A stretch of 64,000 nt of DNA from positions 10,821-74,820 of the IMG/VR virus record IMGVR_UViG_3300032174_000075. One strand, written 5' to 3'. The position numbers and the translations under genes are program-made. Below, in pieces: positions 60,698-64,000 of this stretch (position 1 is the stretch's first letter; each line of letters opens with the position of its first letter). This stretch comes from a virus. The notes beneath the pieces were generated by a model. That model saw only the letters and a program-made list of their open reading frames with translations. It ran no database searches and was not told where the DNA came from.

Positions 60698-60766
60698 GGG
60701 ATAAACGCGCTTCATTCTGGAAACTAAAAATCGCGGTTTTAGCACCCAATGCCGCTAGGAGTTGAC

Positions 60767-61348
60767 ATGGACATCGCCGCCCTCAATTCGACCATGAAGA
60801 AATATCCCGTCTCGTTTTGCGGGGAAGACAGTATTGCAGACAAGGGCTGGTGCTATGGCGTCTGGTACTGCGGGACCTCGTTCACGAAAGTCAAACTCTA
60901 CGGCCAATACCCTCCGACCTTTCTCAGGCGCGCAATTGCTCTATTTCCTCTCGCCAAAGATGTGCTGCATGCTCCCAGTGGCTCGTTAGAGGGCCTTCCT
61001 ATTGGTCATGTTACGATGGACATGTACGCGGATGACGTGCGTAAACCTATGTTTCAAGGCGATTGTGAAGCTATGCCATTCGCAGACAACGCCTTCGACC
61101 TCGTTTTGAGCGACCCGCCCTATTCTGAGGAAGATTCTCGTCTTTATGGCTGCGCCAAGTTTCCGGAGAAAAAGTTTCTCGCCGAAAGCCGCCGCGTGCT
61201 GCGGCCCGGAGGATACCTTGGCTTTCTCGCCTACCACTATCCGTCCTATCGGCGCGCTGACTGGCGGCTGCGTGGACTATTTGCGGTCGTTACTGGGTTC
61301 TCCCGCCGCACGCGGATGTTCTCAGTATTTGAAAGCACAAAGGTCTAG
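60767..61348 (+). CDS. SAM-dependent amino-methyltransferase (DPPY type)
   Basis: FDLVLSDPPY and RVLRPGG; AGGAG RBS. Confidence 0.8.
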   Translation: MDIAALNSTMKKYPVSFCGEDSIADKGWCYGVWYCGTSFTKVKLYGQYPPTFLRRAIALFPLAKDVLHAPSGSLEGLPIGHVTMDMYADDVRKPMFQGDCEAMPFADNAFDLVLSDPPYSEEDSRLYGCAKFPEKKFLAESRRVLRPGGYLGFLAYHYPSYRRADWRLRGLFAVVTGFSRRTRMFSVFESTKV

Positions 61349-61359
61349 GAGAAGCAGCC

Positions 61360-61776
61360 GTGGGCAACAACCGTCCCTACGTCTGCCCCCTCTACGACAC
61401 AGACTTCCTCGCTCAGTGGCGTGTGTTCACTGCGCCTGAATCGGCGCCAAAATCAGCGAGCAAGAAAGATGCCTGGAAAGCATATGGGCAAACCATCACG
61501 ATCCGTCCCTCTCACACACTCATGCTCTTGTGCATCGAGGAATATCTATGTGACATTCACAAGCGCAAGCAATTCCAGGCTCACCTAGCCACATGGTATC
61601 GCCGCGCAGGATGGGAAGGCTACCTTTCCGATGCTCAATATCGGCTAGACCATCCAGCTCCGAAGATCGTGCCACGCCCATCCTTCAAAGCCGAACCTCT
61701 CACTCCCGAACAGCTCACCCCTAAACGGCCATGGCGGGAGATACTGGCGCAGCACAATTTGGCGAAGGGTAGCTGA
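61360..61776 (+). CDS. Phage replication protein, C-terminal-domain-only
   Basis: F...W.......SKKDAWKAY...HLATW....W resembles initiator C-domains; no N-terminal wHTH. Confidence 0.55.
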   Translation: MGNNRPYVCPLYDTDFLAQWRVFTAPESAPKSASKKDAWKAYGQTITIRPSHTLMLLCIEEYLCDIHKRKQFQAHLATWYRRAGWEGYLSDAQYRLDHPAPKIVPRPSFKAEPLTPEQLTPKRPWREILAQHNLAKGS

Positions 61777-61777
61777 G

Positions 61778-62263
61778 ATGGGCGATACACGGCGTTTCGA
61801 CCTATTCGCGGACTTGATCACCAGCCAAGTTCCGGGGGCATCTTCATTGGAGATAGCCGACGTTGCCGGCGGCAAGGGATATTTACGGGCCGCTCTCCAT
61901 CAACGCGGCATTCGCAGGGTAACGACATGGGACAAGCGACGCAGCATGCCAGCTCACCGTCCGGGCTACAGGCGGGCATGGTTCGATTACAAGAGCGCGC
62001 CAGATGACTACGGTCTCGTGGTCGGGATGCATCCCGACGAAGGGACCGACCATATCGTCATGTATGCCGCGCTGCACCGGATTCCATTTGTCGTCTGCCC
62101 TTGCTGTGTGAAGCCGAGCGCGGCACAATTTTCCGGGCAACGAGATTACCGAGTGTGGTGCTCACACCTCGCGGCTCTTGCTCGTGGCCTAGGCATGCGG
62201 GTTGATGAGTTCTCCCTGAGAATGCACGGATGCTCGACTGTTTTTGTGGGCCGTCCGAGGTAG
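61778..62263 (+). CDS. Class I SAM methyltransferase-like protein
   Basis: IADVAGGKG and VVGMHPD...PFVVCPCCV. Confidence 0.7.
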   Translation: MGDTRRFDLFADLITSQVPGASSLEIADVAGGKGYLRAALHQRGIRRVTTWDKRRSMPAHRPGYRRAWFDYKSAPDDYGLVVGMHPDEGTDHIVMYAALHRIPFVVCPCCVKPSAAQFSGQRDYRVWCSHLAALARGLGMRVDEFSLRMHGCSTVFVGRPR

Positions 62264-62494
62264 CATGCGATATAGCGGGAGCGAGCAAAAGCATCGGCGC
62301 ATCGCGCGAGAAAATAGAACGCAGACCCGCAGGTATTCCTTCGCGTATCCAGGGACCGGCGTCAGCCCGTTCGCCCATCCCCAGACGGAATTTGCGTGAA
62401 CGCCAAGCCGCATCGCTAGTTCGGCCTGGGTCCACCGTAGCTCTATCAGGGCGGCGGAAAGGGCCTCGGGCGTCGTGATGTTTTCGGGGTCCAT
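62189..62494 (-). CDS. XRE HTH protein
   Basis: WTQAELAMRLGVHANSVWGWANG..PVP. Confidence 0.7.
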   Translation of the reverse strand: MDPENITTPEALSAALIELRWTQAELAMRLGVHANSVWGWANGLTPVPGYAKEYLRVCVLFSRAMRRCFCSLPLYRMLPRTAHKNSRASVHSQGELINPHA

Positions 62495-62502
62495 AGGCTG
62501 TG

Positions 62503-62532
62503 AAACATACTCACAATAGGTGTGAGTTCAAG
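62503..62532 (-). promoter_or_regulatory. Promoter with palindromic operator for the HTH gene
   Basis: TTGAAC-N16-TATGTT overlapping ACTCACA-ATAGG-TGTGAGT. Confidence 0.55.
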
Positions 62533-62836
62533 CGAAATATTCCAGGCATTTCGCCATTTCCAGAACGTATGAAACAGGAGGTATTTTGAAGTGACGGCTT
62601 GCGTTTTAGGCCTGCCGCGCGGTAGATTACTTCTGTGCTCGGGCTGCTTTCTTCTGATAGGACCAAATAGCGGATGCCACTTCAGGAGCCGATCGCTACT
62701 GAGCCCCATGAAGCTCTTTCCATCAGCATAAAAGATCGCGAGCCCGGAGCTTACATCGCTCGGCTTGAGAAACGGGGCGATCTTTCAGTCCTAGTTTTCG
62801 AGCGCGACCCTCTTTACGACCCGGTAGAGTGGCCCA

Positions 62837-63559
62837 ATGTCTGAAAGCATGGAAGTCACTGCCATCAAAATCGAGAAACGCCTTTGTGCCGCGTTGCTCA
62901 GGCAATGGGCGCCGTCCGGAATGAGTGTTGAGTCTCTTTCCGACGATGCGGCCAGCGAAATTGAAAGGTTGCGGGCGGGAAAGAAGACCTGGTACGTCCT
63001 CAAAGTGGAAGGCGGCTACGAGCTGTCCGTTGCCAGCGATCTATGCCGGCACGATTACAAGGCGTGCGTGCCCAAGGTTTTCGAGCGTCGGGTTGTGGGC
63101 CGGGAAGCATATCCGATTCCGTATCCAAAATGGTCCGGATATGTTTTCGTCTGTGTCTGCCCAAAGGCAGGGCAGAACTACCGCGATGTTCTAGCCACGC
63201 CCCACGCAATCGACTTCGTCTCGCTGGCATTCGACAAGAGCGAGTGCGCCCTTAATCCTTCCGCGATTTCAGAAGAGATGATCGCGGGGTGGGCCATGGA
63301 CGAGCACATTGACTGGCACGAGGCCACGAAGCCCCCGAGCAAGGCACGCAAATGCGTCTATGCCTCTGGGGACAAAGTCAGGGTCATCGCTATAGGCCAT
63401 CCCTACGAAGGCTGGGAGGGAACCGTGAAAGACGCCCGTCCTGGAAGCGCTAACATCTACCTCGGTCCTAACAATTTCCCTGTACGCGTCAAGGAAGACG
63501 ATATAATGCTGGTGTCCGTATTCCAGCAGCGGGCTTCTCAGAGCAATGTCAGGGCATGA
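62837..63559 (+). CDS. NusG/RfaH-paralogue antiterminator
   Basis: NGN (WYVLKV..G.E, GYVFV) plus KOW (GDKVRVI..GHPYEG.EG.V). Confidence 0.8.
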   Translation: MSESMEVTAIKIEKRLCAALLRQWAPSGMSVESLSDDAASEIERLRAGKKTWYVLKVEGGYELSVASDLCRHDYKACVPKVFERRVVGREAYPIPYPKWSGYVFVCVCPKAGQNYRDVLATPHAIDFVSLAFDKSECALNPSAISEEMIAGWAMDEHIDWHEATKPPSKARKCVYASGDKVRVIAIGHPYEGWEGTVKDARPGSANIYLGPNNFPVRVKEDDIMLVSVFQQRASQSNVRA

Positions 63560-63729
63560 CGCTACGCAACAAAAGCCAAAATCCAAACGCAGACCTCGCC
63601 GCGCTTACTTCCGACAATACTACGAAACGGTCGGTCGTTCGCGTGGTGGGCACAAGAAACGCCAACGCAAAACCGACCAAGAGGCACCATCGGTAGCGGT
63701 GTAAAACGCAGGGTGCCGCAAAATAGTTC

Positions 63730-63830
63730 TTGACACTAAAGCGGCAACCTCTCATTCCTATTGAGCTTTTCGTGGTCGGGGGCGGAAAATCGTTCTGCCG
63801 TTGACAGCGCGAGCGTCTCTGAAGACCAAG
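63730..63830 (+). promoter_or_regulatory. Candidate late promoter(s)
   Basis: TTGACA at 63730 (N17-CATTCC) and at 63801, downstream of the NusG-like gene. Confidence 0.4.
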
Positions 63831-64000
63831 AAAACCAAGGAAATAACCCGTTCGGAGCGTGACACGAAATGTGCGGCATCAGGTAGCAAGCACACCTAAC
63901 CGACCGCTCTGCCACTATCGGTTTACATACCCGTCAGACTCGCAATAAAGCTGCGCCATGAGCGAAAGCTATTGGCGACTAGTCCTGCGCGATGCCGCTG

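Larger units (their letters stand above)
58618..60709 (-). mobile_element. IS1595-family element carrying a protease gene (2092 bp)
   Basis: TIRs CGCG(CC/TT)TATCCC; 8-bp TSD CTTCATTC at 58610-58617 and 60710-60717. Confidence 0.92.
1..64000. mobile_element. Tailed (myovirus-type) phage/prophage genome segment
   Basis: Continuous head-tail-baseplate-fibre-lysis order, then divergent early arms of small phage ORFs; no host housekeeping genes seen. Confidence 0.95.

Noticed and set aside
63853-63914. tRNA gene
   Set aside because: Too short, no TTC T-loop and no canonical anticodon arm

Overview
The whole window is one tailed-phage or prophage genome segment, most likely from an alphaproteobacterial host (it carries a GcrA-like gene). 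1-25.7 kb (+): contractile-tail morphogenesis operon (DUF2213-like head protease, scaffold, decoration, major capsid, neck, sheath, tube, chaperone, SLT tape measure, baseplate with an inserted HNH gene, repeat tail fibre, three signal-peptide-bearing appendage proteins, tailspike). 25.8-28.7 kb (-): reversed four-gene cassette whose two large proteins share a sigma-region-2-like domain; one also carries an IS1595 Zn-ribbon/HTH and a RelE/RegB-like end. A ~200-nt structured leader lies opposite it. 29-33.9 kb (+): lysis and accessory genes including a stand-alone PAS protein; no endolysin recognised. 33.9-52.4 kb (mostly -): early arm with RecT, NinB and HNH, interrupted by a 4.2-kb IS1595 element with passenger genes. 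52.6-64 kb (+): right arm with GcrA-like gene, a ~550-nt densely folded non-coding region, a second IS1595 element (8-bp TSD) carrying a trypsin-like protease, methyltransferases, a replication protein reduced to its C-terminal domain and a NusG paralogue. No integrase, CI/Cro pair, primase, helicase, terminase or portal was recognised. Best candidates for new biology: the 58-kb large RNA beside the truncated initiator, and the 25.8-29.0 kb sigma-like/IS1595-domain cassette with its divergent RNA. All family calls are by eye from motifs and gene order; no database search or folding program was run.
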